IMG/VR virus record: IMGVR_UViG_3300025316_000590
Span: 128,134-192,133 of that record
DNA: 64,000 nucleotides
DNA from: a virus
Taxonomy: Duplodnaviria; Heunggongvirae; Uroviricota; Caudoviricetes
Strand: one strand, 5' to 3'
Part shown: positions 56,312-64,000 of the stretch, in pieces
How positions within the stretch are numbered: the stretch's first letter is position 1
Layout: every line of letters starts with the position of its first letter
Position numbers and translations under genes: made by a program
The notes under the pieces: model-generated
Told to the model about the DNA's origin: nothing
Seen by the model: only the letters and a program-made list of their open reading frames with translations
The model's database searches: none

Positions 56312-57282
56312 GCCGAACCCTGGTACGCAACAAGACGCCCGAGGATACGAACACTCGCATGTGCCGCCTGCTGCGACGCATGCCGATGATACCTCCCGGC
56401 AAGATCGAGGACGTCGAGGTGGTGATCAGTACCATCAAGGCCGGCGTACCCATCGATCTGGTGTCGATGCGTAACGCGATTCTGATGGGAAAGCGACCAG
56501 TCTCGCTGCGGTTCTCCAGTGACGTCATCACGAACGCCCTGAAGTACGAGGGCGGCACGTGGATGTCCACAGTGCCCTGCGAGCTATGGCAGATGGACGA
56601 CGCCGTCCAGTATCTGCACGGCAATACCCTGATCGGCGGTCTGGGCTTGGGAGTTGCTCCCACATACGCGACTTACAATCGCCGGGTCAAGGGCATCACC
56701 GTCGTGGAGAACGACCAGCGTATCATCGACTTGGTGTGGCCGAATCTGTGCCGCATGGCCCTGCGGAAGGAATACCGACGCGTGGTGCGAGCCGACCTGT
56801 TCCAGTTCCTGAAGGACTGCCAGCCGGGATCATACGACAGCGGATTCTTCGATATCTGGCAAGGCACGGGCGAGTTCACGTGGAAGGAGCATGTCGTGCC
56901 CCTGCGAAGGCTTGCTCGCGGCAAGGTGCGGGAGGTACATTGCTGGCTGGAGGATGAAATGCACGGCCAGCTATACCCGCCCCTGGCGTTCAGTTTGGCC
57001 CTGCCTAGCGACACAGGCATTCCGGACTACTATCGGGCCTTCAGCGACGTGGTGCGGCCACTGCTGCCCGACGTGCCCCGCCTGAGCATCGACGACCTGC
57101 GGCCCGGTACGCCAGACGCCGGCCTGTCCCTGATCAAGCACCGCGAGGGCCTGCAAACCCGGCTTGACGTGCGATCCTGGGTTGCCCGCTACCTCGATGT
57201 GAGCAGCAATGACTGGGAGAGGGTGTTTGGTGAGTCGTGGGACCGTTGCGTGAAGGTACGAAATAATGATCGAAGCGGGTGA
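56308..57282 (+). CDS. hypothetical protein with spermidine-synthase/class-I SAM-MTase-like Rossmann core (tentative)
   Basis: TLIGGLGLGVAP ... ITVVENDQRIIDL resembles GGGDGG...EID aminopropyltransferase/MTase motifs. Confidence 0.25.
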   Translation: MSRTLVRNKTPEDTNTRMCRLLRRMPMIPPGKIEDVEVVISTIKAGVPIDLVSMRNAILMGKRPVSLRFSSDVITNALKYEGGTWMSTVPCELWQMDDAVQYLHGNTLIGGLGLGVAPTYATYNRRVKGITVVENDQRIIDLVWPNLCRMALRKEYRRVVRADLFQFLKDCQPGSYDSGFFDIWQGTGEFTWKEHVVPLRRLARGKVREVHCWLEDEMHGQLYPPLAFSLALPSDTGIPDYYRAFSDVVRPLLPDVPRLSIDDLRPGTPDAGLSLIKHREGLQTRLDVRSWVARYLDVSSNDWERVFGESWDRCVKVRNNDRSG

Positions 57283-57493
57283 CATAGTGATCCAGATACA
57301 AGGCCCGCGTGCGGGATGCGAGTTCATTGTCGGTGACGTGGACGGCAACCTCCTGCATGTGAAGCCGCGGGTTCACCACGATGGTGAGGATCGTAACTAT
57401 CACTGGTCGCATCGAGACTACTATCGTGAACTGACGCCGCGGGAGCGCGGCGACGTGGTATGGCACAACAACCTGGGATGGGTGGCAAATTAA
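57266..57493 (+). CDS. hypothetical protein
   Basis: 75 aa ORF. Confidence 0.3.
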   Translation: MIEAGDIVIQIQGPRAGCEFIVGDVDGNLLHVKPRVHHDGEDRNYHWSHRDYYRELTPRERGDVVWHNNLGWVAN

Positions 57494-57545
57494 ATGGGTG
57501 GCGTTACTAAACAAGAGATCCACGATTAATTTGTAAGGCGAAATC

Positions 57546-57830
57546 ATGACAGAAAATGATCGAGTTGTGTTGATGCGTGAGGTGTGGAAGAACCTATCGG
57601 GCGTATCGCAGCAGACGCTGATTCGGTTCCAGAACGAGTTTGACTCGACGAAGCCCTACGATGAGTTCGTCGTCGCCCAAAACGATATTATCCGCACGTG
57701 TTTGGAACTGGAGCGTGCCGATATCGGGAAGATTGTGAGAAGCGAACTACAGCTTCCCGAGTTCCCTGAAGATCTCTACCATCGAGTGATGGCCGCGATA
57801 GGCCCAGGAGAAGATCATGTACCCGAGTAG
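57546..57830 (+). CDS. hypothetical protein
   Basis: 94 aa ORF. Confidence 0.3.
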   Translation: MTENDRVVLMREVWKNLSGVSQQTLIRFQNEFDSTKPYDEFVVAQNDIIRTCLELERADIGKIVRSELQLPEFPEDLYHRVMAAIGPGEDHVPE

Positions 57831-58104
57831 CTGTTGTCAGAAGTGTGGTGACCAGATCGGCTGGCTGGGCCGGTTCTTCCAGGCACTGGGCCTGCCCCTG
57901 CACAAGTGCCAGCCGCACCGCGGCCCGCTACACGATATGGTGGTGAAGCTGCGGGCCGAACTGAACGCCGACCGGGCGGCGGCCAACGACGCGATTGCTC
58001 AGTACAAGGCGGGCAACATCACCTGGGAGCAGTGTCAGGATATCTGCGTCAAGCACAACTATCGCTACGATCCAACTCTAGAAAGATTACGGTGTAGTTT
58101 ATGA
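57817..58104 (+). CDS. hypothetical protein (CCQKCGDQ)
   Basis: 95 aa ORF. Confidence 0.3.
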   Translation: MYPSSCCQKCGDQIGWLGRFFQALGLPLHKCQPHRGPLHDMVVKLRAELNADRAAANDAIAQYKAGNITWEQCQDICVKHNYRYDPTLERLRCSL

Positions 58105-58952
58105 CGGGTATGCTCGTGATCACGAAGGCGGGCAAGGTGATGATGAAGGTCATCGCCGACAGCCTGGGCCACAACGTCAATGCCCTGGTTATGTACATCA
58201 GGCCGCTTCTGGTCGGTGGACGCGTGCCGTCAGTCTACGATGTCGAGCTACGATGTGCCTGGTCCAACTTTGGCGGGCCGCGAAACTTGGTGATCATAAC
58301 CGAGACTGAGATCTGTTTCTCCGATGGTCGTGATGCTCTCGTGAATGAGAACTACCCAAACCCACGTTATCGCAATACGTTTGCTGACCCACGATTTAAC
58401 CCGCGGTGTGATCGTGGCACTGTAGAAAACCTCATCGTTATCGAGATCAATGACGTTCGGCAGCGTCCGGAGCGACTCCGAATCACGAGAACAGTCGAAC
58501 GACGCAAAATGACGTCATGCTTCACCAGACGGCGGTCGGATTCATATAGCCAGATACTGTCGTGCGTGCTGCTGGAGGAACTGCGGCCACTGGGCGAAGC
58601 ACACGCCATGATGCTGATGTCCGACCGTATGGAGCCGTCTGGCGTGCGGATCAAGGTGCGTGATACTGGAGTCATCGTGGAGAACATTCGTGCGGGCCGC
58701 GAGTCGCCCAGCACGGTCCGACGCAGCTTATCCCTGGGCACGGTCATGCTGGTTGGCCGCAACGGAAACAACAACACTAACGTGTGGGACATCGTAATGA
58801 TCGGCCTGCGACCGCCCGAGGATTGCATCGAGCTACGCCTGGCTGAATACTATGGCTGGACAGTAGACCAAGTTCGCAGCATGACTGGCCACCAACGCCG
58901 ACAGTTTCTGGACTTCATCGACAATCCCGTGGGTGAAGGTGGTGAACTATGA
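58101..58952 (+). CDS. hypothetical protein, internal ERRKMTS and C-terminal GEGGEL
   Basis: 283 aa ORF, ATGA overlap. Confidence 0.35.
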   Translation: MTGMLVITKAGKVMMKVIADSLGHNVNALVMYIRPLLVGGRVPSVYDVELRCAWSNFGGPRNLVIITETEICFSDGRDALVNENYPNPRYRNTFADPRFNPRCDRGTVENLIVIEINDVRQRPERLRITRTVERRKMTSCFTRRRSDSYSQILSCVLLEELRPLGEAHAMMLMSDRMEPSGVRIKVRDTGVIVENIRAGRESPSTVRRSLSLGTVMLVGRNGNNNTNVWDIVMIGLRPPEDCIELRLAEYYGWTVDQVRSMTGHQRRQFLDFIDNPVGEGGEL

Positions 58953-58995
58953 TCGTGATTGCGTCATCGTATGATGAAGCCGTCGCCACTGAAAG

Positions 58996-59460
58996 ATGAC
59001 CATGCCTGAACGACGCAGGATGAGAACCGCCCCGAAGATGGCCGGGCCTGATCAGATATGCCGACATTTTCGCGGCATGTTAGAGGATCGTCCGTGTGCT
59101 ATGGACATCGATATCAGGCGACTGATAGGCGGGGTTGACATCGGCTGGGCACTGCGTGCACCGTGCCGGAAACTGAGCGACGCATCGGACTCAAACCGCG
59201 TGCCGTGTGATCATTTCGCTATGTTCACGCGGGCCGAGGGCCGAGCCAGGAACATCGAACTAATCCGTATTCTCGAACGTCATGCTATGGCCGCCGATAC
59301 CGTGGATGCCTTCAGGAGCCGCCACAAACGCCAGAACGCTCAGGAGACCGTAGATTGCCCGACTGGCTGCGGCGGGCGGCTGACGCTATCGATAGCGGCT
59401 ATCAACGGGCATTGCTGGGGACGATGTAGCACGCCGGGGTGTCTGGCATGGATGGAGTAA
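58996..59460 (+). CDS. hypothetical protein, N-terminal MTMPERRRMRT motif; Cys-rich
   Basis: 154 aa ORF. Confidence 0.35.
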   Translation: MTMPERRRMRTAPKMAGPDQICRHFRGMLEDRPCAMDIDIRRLIGGVDIGWALRAPCRKLSDASDSNRVPCDHFAMFTRAEGRARNIELIRILERHAMAADTVDAFRSRHKRQNAQETVDCPTGCGGRLTLSIAAINGHCWGRCSTPGCLAWME

Positions 59461-59464
59461 AATC

Positions 59465-60217
59465 ATGACGCAAGACGAACGACGAACGCTGGACAGACTG
59501 CTGGGGAATTACAACCAAGCCCGACGCAACCATGCGTCGTCTGAGGAGTATCATGAACTGGTCAACTTCGTCGCCCGCATCACCCAGCATCGCGATGCTC
59601 TGAAGGAAGCGGGCGAAGCTGTGATCAGACATTCAAGTCCTGATCCGTCGTCACCATCGGGATGGAGCAGTTGTATGATCAACTCTTTGCATTGTCTACG
59701 GTGGGCTGTGCAGAGCGCAACGCCGCGGCCTGAGCCGCCCGAACTGCGAGACCCGCCGCAGGGCCGCACCCTGATGGACGTGTTCGCTGGTACGGGCCTG
59801 GATACGGCACTGAATGGTGCGTTTGAAGCGATGGAGCCGTTCCGCGACGCGATGGATCGGCACCGCTATACAGCGGCCCCAATGCATGATTCGGTGGTCG
59901 CGGTCATTCCAAGCGTCCACAACGGCGGTAGTATTGAAGACGCCCTCGATCTTCGCTACGTCGTACCAACTGGGCCGACGTGTGAGCCGCGCAACCCCAA
60001 TACGCCGCGAGCCCGAGATATCACCGAGGAGATGCGTGAGTTAGAACAGCGAGTGATGCGTGCGATGCAGATACCGCCCGCCGTTTTTGCCAGCATTCGG
60101 CAAATCGACCAAGAGCCGTGCATTCCCAATCTGCGTGACCCGCCTGGTGCGACTGCTCCGCAGTTACGCCCGAAGCGACGACGCATCCAGAATCTGCCCA
60201 ACGGTGGTGAACTGTGA
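59465..60217 (+). CDS. hypothetical protein, C-terminus PKRRRIQNLPNGGEL
   Basis: ATG 23 nt after GTGTCTGG motif. Confidence 0.35.
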   Translation: MTQDERRTLDRLLGNYNQARRNHASSEEYHELVNFVARITQHRDALKEAGEAVIRHSSPDPSSPSGWSSCMINSLHCLRWAVQSATPRPEPPELRDPPQGRTLMDVFAGTGLDTALNGAFEAMEPFRDAMDRHRYTAAPMHDSVVAVIPSVHNGGSIEDALDLRYVVPTGPTCEPRNPNTPRARDITEEMRELEQRVMRAMQIPPAVFASIRQIDQEPCIPNLRDPPGATAPQLRPKRRRIQNLPNGGEL

Positions 60218-60456
60218 CCGTTATGTGGTTCGTTTTTATCGCCGCCGCGTTCATCAACCTGGCATGTGCGTGGCAGTTGATCAAAGCGTGCAAACAACTG
60301 CGACGCGTAATCGGTTACCATCTGCGAATGATCAGGAACATTTGTGCTATGCAGATCGCAAGCGAACTGCGGGATGCCGAAAGCGTGGAACACTTTCATA
60401 GGCAGTACCGCGACGTGGCGTTAGAGTATGATCTTTGGATGAAAGATCTGAAATAA
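60214..60456 (+). CDS. small membrane protein
   Basis: TM MWFVFIAAAFINLA; GTGA overlap. Confidence 0.3.
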   Translation: MTVMWFVFIAAAFINLACAWQLIKACKQLRRVIGYHLRMIRNICAMQIASELRDAESVEHFHRQYRDVALEYDLWMKDLK

Positions 60457-60605
60457 CCGCTAACTTGTATTGACGCAGTCCGGTCCCGATGTAAGATCGA
60501 TGGTTATGGATGCTGCGTTTTTATCTGTGGGTTGCCTGGCTGCCGCACGCGGTAGCGATCTACGGCGACCGGAACGCAGCCGGTAATTCAACTGGTAGGA
60601 CGATA

Positions 60606-61004
60606 ATGAGTATCAATCGAAGGCGTATCACTTCCGACCCGAATACGAAGCAGGATCCGCCGGCGTTGCCCACCGAAGCAGCAACGTCGACATCATCGGG
60701 CAGGGATCCGGTGTCGGGCAAGTTTCTCAGAGGTAATCGGTGCAGTGGCGGCAATCCGTATGTGCGCGAGCAGAACCGCATCCAGGCGGCTATCCGAGCC
60801 CAGATGACGGATGAAGTTCTGGAGGGCTTCGTGGCCGACTGGATCCGTCATGCCCGCAGTGGCAAGAGCATGTACCTGCTCAGCCTCATGGAACGCATGT
60901 GCGGCAGGGTTGCCGACTTTGCTACCGAGGAGCGAGTCCGCGATCTGGAGGCCGAACTGGAACGCCTGGTTGCGGCCCGCAACGAGGCTCAGGACGGTTT
61001 CTGA
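60606..61004 (+). CDS. hypothetical protein, N-terminal MSINRRRITSDP motif
   Basis: internal ATG of ORF 60510..61004. Confidence 0.3.
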   Translation: MSINRRRITSDPNTKQDPPALPTEAATSTSSGRDPVSGKFLRGNRCSGGNPYVREQNRIQAAIRAQMTDEVLEGFVADWIRHARSGKSMYLLSLMERMCGRVADFATEERVRDLEAELERLVAARNEAQDGF

Positions 61005-61091
61005 TAGCAGGCTATAATGGGCGGTATCGAAACCACGCACGCGACTGGCTACTTAGGCTGGAACGCACCTGAAACCCAAGGGATTTTTAAC

Positions 61092-61439
61092 ATGAGCGAA
61101 GCCCTATTCCACCATCCGCTGTTCAGCTTGGCAATGTATCGGGCGACCCACACGCAGTTGCGGGCGGGCAAGATCACGCAGCAGCAGGCCGACACGGTGC
61201 ATGAAGCCCTAGCCCGGCCCATGCGGAAGAACGACAAAGGCGAGACGTGCAACCTGATCGACGTCATGCATGGTAAGGTCGCATCGATGGCCGCCGCTGA
61301 TAACCTCGGCTACGGCATCGGCGAACTGATGATGGCCACGTTCAACTGGGGCAGTATCATCACTTGGATCGAGGGTCACTTGCCACAGATCCTATCGGCA
61401 CTGGAAGCCCTGCTTTCGGTGTTCATACTGTTCGCGTGA
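61092..61439 (+). CDS. hypothetical protein with C-terminal hydrophobic segment
   Basis: internal ATG of ORF 61017..61439. Confidence 0.3.
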   Translation: MSEALFHHPLFSLAMYRATHTQLRAGKITQQQADTVHEALARPMRKNDKGETCNLIDVMHGKVASMAAADNLGYGIGELMMATFNWGSIITWIEGHLPQILSALEALLSVFILFA

Positions 61440-61447
61440 GGCATATC

Positions 61448-61561
61448 ATGAAGTTGGCTTATGTTATGATCGTGGCTGCGATAGTTTCTATCATGACCTC
61501 GTGCCTTACGGTTTATGTGTTGATGCACTGCGAATCTTTTCGTCGAGTTATCAGCCCGTAA
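61448..61561 (+). CDS. very small membrane protein (37 aa)
   Basis: MKLAYVMIVAAIVSIMTSCLTVYVLM. Confidence 0.25.
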   Translation: MKLAYVMIVAAIVSIMTSCLTVYVLMHCESFRRVISP

Positions 61562-61562
61562 T

Positions 61563-61937
61563 TTGCGATGTGGCGGTTATTTCCTGAAAACGGTAAGATG
61601 CTGTCTGAGGCTTCGCACTAAGCCCACAAATCATCAGGAGGCGAGCCGATACACGGATCCGGAAATCAGGACGTTACGCAAGATTCTATATGCGGTGCTG
61701 GGCTTCATGGGTTTGCTCCTCGCGATCCTGTTGATCAATCTGGCCAGCGACTCGGGATACGTGCCCAGCCAGATGAAGAGTAATGCGGCAGCTATCGCCA
61801 AGAATGGCGAGTATATGAAAACCATGCAGGAAGATATCAACGACATGAAGAAGGTACTTTCTGATCGAGGCGTGGTCATCTCGAATATGCAGAAAGAAAT
61901 CGAAGAACTGAAGGGCAAGTCCACTGGAGGCAAATGA
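61563..61937 (+). CDS. membrane-anchored coiled-coil protein (i-spanin-like topology, tentative; true start likely downstream internal codon)
   Basis: TM AVLGFMGLLLAILLINLA followed by coiled coil. Confidence 0.25.
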   Translation: MRCGGYFLKTVRCCLRLRTKPTNHQEASRYTDPEIRTLRKILYAVLGFMGLLLAILLINLASDSGYVPSQMKSNAAAIAKNGEYMKTMQEDINDMKKVLSDRGVVISNMQKEIEELKGKSTGGK

Positions 61938-62443
61938 TGTCGACCGACGCCAACGACGTTGAAATCAAGATGACCAGCAAACACGGCCCAAAGACCAACA
62001 CCCGTTGGGAATTGTGGTTAGGACTGTTCGGATGCATCGGTGTGGTCATCGGCTATATCGAGTATCGCAACCATTGCCAGGCCGATCATGACGCGAAGCT
62101 CGTGCAGCAGACCAAGGACGAGGTCACGGTGGACAGCATGAAGACTTGGCTTACTACGGTGAGCACTCGGCAAGTCGAAACATCGGCCAAGGTGGCTGGC
62201 ATCGAGTCCACTGTTACGGCCATCAAGACCGATGTCGACAAAGCCCTCGCCAAAGTCGAGGACGGCAACAAGAAGATCGACGCTGCGGCCAGTATCGCCG
62301 CGAACAACGAGAAGAAGATCGACGAGGTGCTATCGACCGTCAAGATCGTGATGTCGCGGCAGGGAACGCATAGCCCGCATCCTACGGTTCCTCTGGTTGA
62401 TATCCCGCTGGCTCCGGAAATTCCGAAGGCCAACAAGCCCTAA
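61934..62443 (+). CDS. membrane-anchored coiled-coil protein (i-spanin-like topology, tentative)
   Basis: TM WELWLGLFGCIGVVIGYI then long heptad coiled coil. Confidence 0.3.
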   Translation: MMSTDANDVEIKMTSKHGPKTNTRWELWLGLFGCIGVVIGYIEYRNHCQADHDAKLVQQTKDEVTVDSMKTWLTTVSTRQVETSAKVAGIESTVTAIKTDVDKALAKVEDGNKKIDAAASIAANNEKKIDEVLSTVKIVMSRQGTHSPHPTVPLVDIPLAPEIPKANKP

Positions 62444-62456
62444 CGGAGATCATATT

Positions 62457-63059
62457 ATGATCCGCGAGAACAGTATCGTTCGTGATCGTGCCGGCGACGG
62501 TACTATGCTGCGAGTCGAAGGCTATCGCGGAGTCGACTGTATGGTATGCTCGTGGCCCGCCTGGTTCCCAGAGAAGAAGGCCGTGTTCATTCGGGAGAAT
62601 CTCGAAGAAGTGCCGGTTCTGGAGCAACTCGACGAGGCGTCCCGCCAGCACAAAGACGCGGGCCGCTGGATGTCGTGCGACCTGCTACGCGACGCCCGCA
62701 ATATCATCGAGCATCTCGTCGAGCCGCCTTTTGTAAGCGAACAACAGCCCAAGCCCACGGCCCTGGCTCGCATACACGGCTTTCTAGCGGGCCTGCTGGC
62801 CTTCGGTGGGCATAAGCACCAACAGGCCGCCTGCCGGGCCAAGGGCACGCGATACTACGGCGGCAGCGTGCATAGCGAGGGTAACTACCTCGATATCGAG
62901 ACCCACAACGGCAAGGTCGTGTCGGCCTGGTTCCGATGCCTGACCCTGCCCTTCAAGCAGACCGAAGTTGACATCCGGCGAGCCAACGAACAAGCCACGA
63001 TGTACGAAGGCAGCGTGCCCAGGATTGTGGGCATCGAGTTTCATGAAGGGAAATCATGA
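62457..63059 (+). CDS. hypothetical protein
   Basis: RBS GGAGATCATATTATG. Confidence 0.35.
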   Translation: MIRENSIVRDRAGDGTMLRVEGYRGVDCMVCSWPAWFPEKKAVFIRENLEEVPVLEQLDEASRQHKDAGRWMSCDLLRDARNIIEHLVEPPFVSEQQPKPTALARIHGFLAGLLAFGGHKHQQAACRAKGTRYYGGSVHSEGNYLDIETHNGKVVSAWFRCLTLPFKQTEVDIRRANEQATMYEGSVPRIVGIEFHEGKS

Positions 63060-63349
63060 GGCTGAGAGAACTGAACCCGCGGTGGTGGACCTTCGCCGGC
63101 GAGACCGTACTTGTGGGCCTGACGTTCGACTGTCCCTGTTGCAGGAATATCAGGTTGGCGGTACAGTTTCATCATAAGGGACGCGAAGCCATCGACGACC
63201 AGTACATCTTGTGCCATCCGGCACGACAGGATCATACGTGGACGTTGATTGGCGACGAGGACTTTGACACGATAACCATCGAGCCGAGCATCGACGCATC
63301 GAGTGCGGGCCACGCTCATTTTCATATCACGAGAGGCGCAATAGTATGA
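63056..63349 (+). CDS. hypothetical protein (CPCC motif)
   Basis: 97 aa ORF, ATGA overlap. Confidence 0.3.
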   Translation: MRLRELNPRWWTFAGETVLVGLTFDCPCCRNIRLAVQFHHKGREAIDDQYILCHPARQDHTWTLIGDEDFDTITIEPSIDASSAGHAHFHITRGAIV

Positions 63350-63909
63350 ACCACGAACTGAATTCTTTCCTGTCCCTGCGGCCTGGTCGCGAGGCCGACC
63401 TCAAACTGGCCCAGGGCGACGCTCCCGTAGATGCCGCCGCGATTCCCGAGTCGCCCGTAGTCGACCTCAAACGCGATCCCCGAAATGATCTGTTCACGGG
63501 CGAAGACGGCAAGGAGCATTGGGGCTTTCACATGATGGTGGACTGCTCCGGCTGCAACAAGAACATCGACGACGGCAAGCAGATCAAGAAGTTCATCAAG
63601 GATCTGGTCGCGGCCATCAAGATGACCGCCGTGGGCGAGCCGTTCCTGTATAACTTCGGCACGGATTCCGATGGTGGCTGGAGTGCGTTACAGCTTATCA
63701 CAACCAGTAACATCTCCATGCACGGCGACAACCGCATCGGCAGCATGTACTTCGATATCTTCTCGTGCAAGCCGTATGACCAGTCGGTCGTCCTGAAGAT
63801 GATCGACGAACGATTCAAGCCCAAGTTCAGGAAAGTTAACTTCCTGTATCGGGATGCACCTCACGATGACCTGACAGGAAAGACAAATGAACTCACAGTG
63901 GGACGATGA
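63346..63909 (+). CDS. S-adenosylmethionine decarboxylase-like protein (SpeH/SpeD class 1 fold, pyruvoyl proenzyme-like)
   Basis: HMMVDCSGCN ... LITTSNISMHGD ... MYFDIFSC follows AdoMetDC pattern (HL.VD..GC, ESHIS.HT, D.F.C). Confidence 0.45.
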   Translation: MNHELNSFLSLRPGREADLKLAQGDAPVDAAAIPESPVVDLKRDPRNDLFTGEDGKEHWGFHMMVDCSGCNKNIDDGKQIKKFIKDLVAAIKMTAVGEPFLYNFGTDSDGGWSALQLITTSNISMHGDNRIGSMYFDIFSCKPYDQSVVLKMIDERFKPKFRKVNFLYRDAPHDDLTGKTNELTVGR

Positions 63910-64000
63910 CGGATTATCCCTGACTATCTACAGTGAAGACCGCGTCGGGCCGGTCAGGTACAAGTTCTCTGGAATTCTCGAAGAGCGCAAGTCGCCTTTT
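63906..64000 (+). CDS. hypothetical protein, 3'-truncated at window edge
   Basis: ATGA overlap with previous gene; frame open to window end. Confidence 0.3.

Noticed and set aside
6398-59446. GTGTCTRG as a Rho-independent terminator or Chi-like site
   Set aside because: There is no adjacent stable hairpin or U-tract in most copies. It is positioned consistently 15-60 nt 5' of start codons, not after stops. Promoter or operator is more parsimonious, although a recombination hotspot is not excluded.
33395-60650. The RRRIQT-encoding 21-mer as a DNA-level repeat (integrase att site or promoter)
   Set aside because: Copies differ precisely at codon wobble positions and use different Arg codon families while preserving the amino-acid sequence. 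This indicates protein-level selection.

Overview
The window looks like part of the replication, recombination and nucleotide-metabolism region of a large, high-GC virulent phage, probably tailed and infecting a Gram-negative host. Lipoboxes and AGGAG ribosome-binding sites support the host guess. Almost every credible gene is on the + strand, tightly packed with many ATGA/GTGA start-stop overlaps. Most long minus-strand ORFs overlap + genes and look like high-GC artefacts. I found no virion-structural genes, CRISPR arrays, rRNA or tRNA.

Recognisable genes form a T4-like replisome and recombination set:
- family A DNA polymerase with an N-terminal UDG family-4-like domain and a 3'-5' exonuclease
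- candidate sliding clamp, DnaX/gp44-like clamp loader, gp32-like SSB with a repetitive RD-rich tail
- UvsX/RecA-like recombinase, RuvC-like resolvase, 5'-3' flap exonuclease
- SbcD/gp47-like and SbcC/gp46-like nuclease pair, split by a 4.7 kb island of small ORFs
- two Dam-like N6-adenine methyltransferases
- a gp55-like region-2-only sigma factor plus a separate region-4-only protein, and a CsrA homolog

Nucleotide and small-molecule genes include a fused OMP-decarboxylase/orotate-phosphoribosyltransferase in ODC-OPRT order, an NAD-dependent sugar epimerase/dehydratase, and an AdoMetDC-like protein. There is also a spermidine-synthase-like fold protein, a DUF1937 (deoxyribosyltransferase-fold) protein, and an orphan NrdJb-like ORF.

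AT-richer HNH and His-Me endonuclease genes sit at 18-21 kb, 41.4 kb and 47.3 kb. The 47.3 kb gene looks like a recent homing insertion flanked by a duplicated target-gene 5' end.

The two system-level signals I rate highest:
- A protein-level motif ERR[RK][IM][QK]T (often fitting RxRxxT) sits at the extreme N- or C-terminus of at least 13 proteins. These include RuvC, the clamp loader, Dam, UvsX and probably the polymerase. The C-terminal form reads RRRIQ(T/S/N)...GEL*.
- A DNA motif GTGTCTRG occurs about 20 times, only on the + strand, 15-60 nt upstream of start codons. It is a candidate phage-specific (late) promoter element.

Coordinates derived by hand-indexing the sequence are approximate to +/-2 nt.
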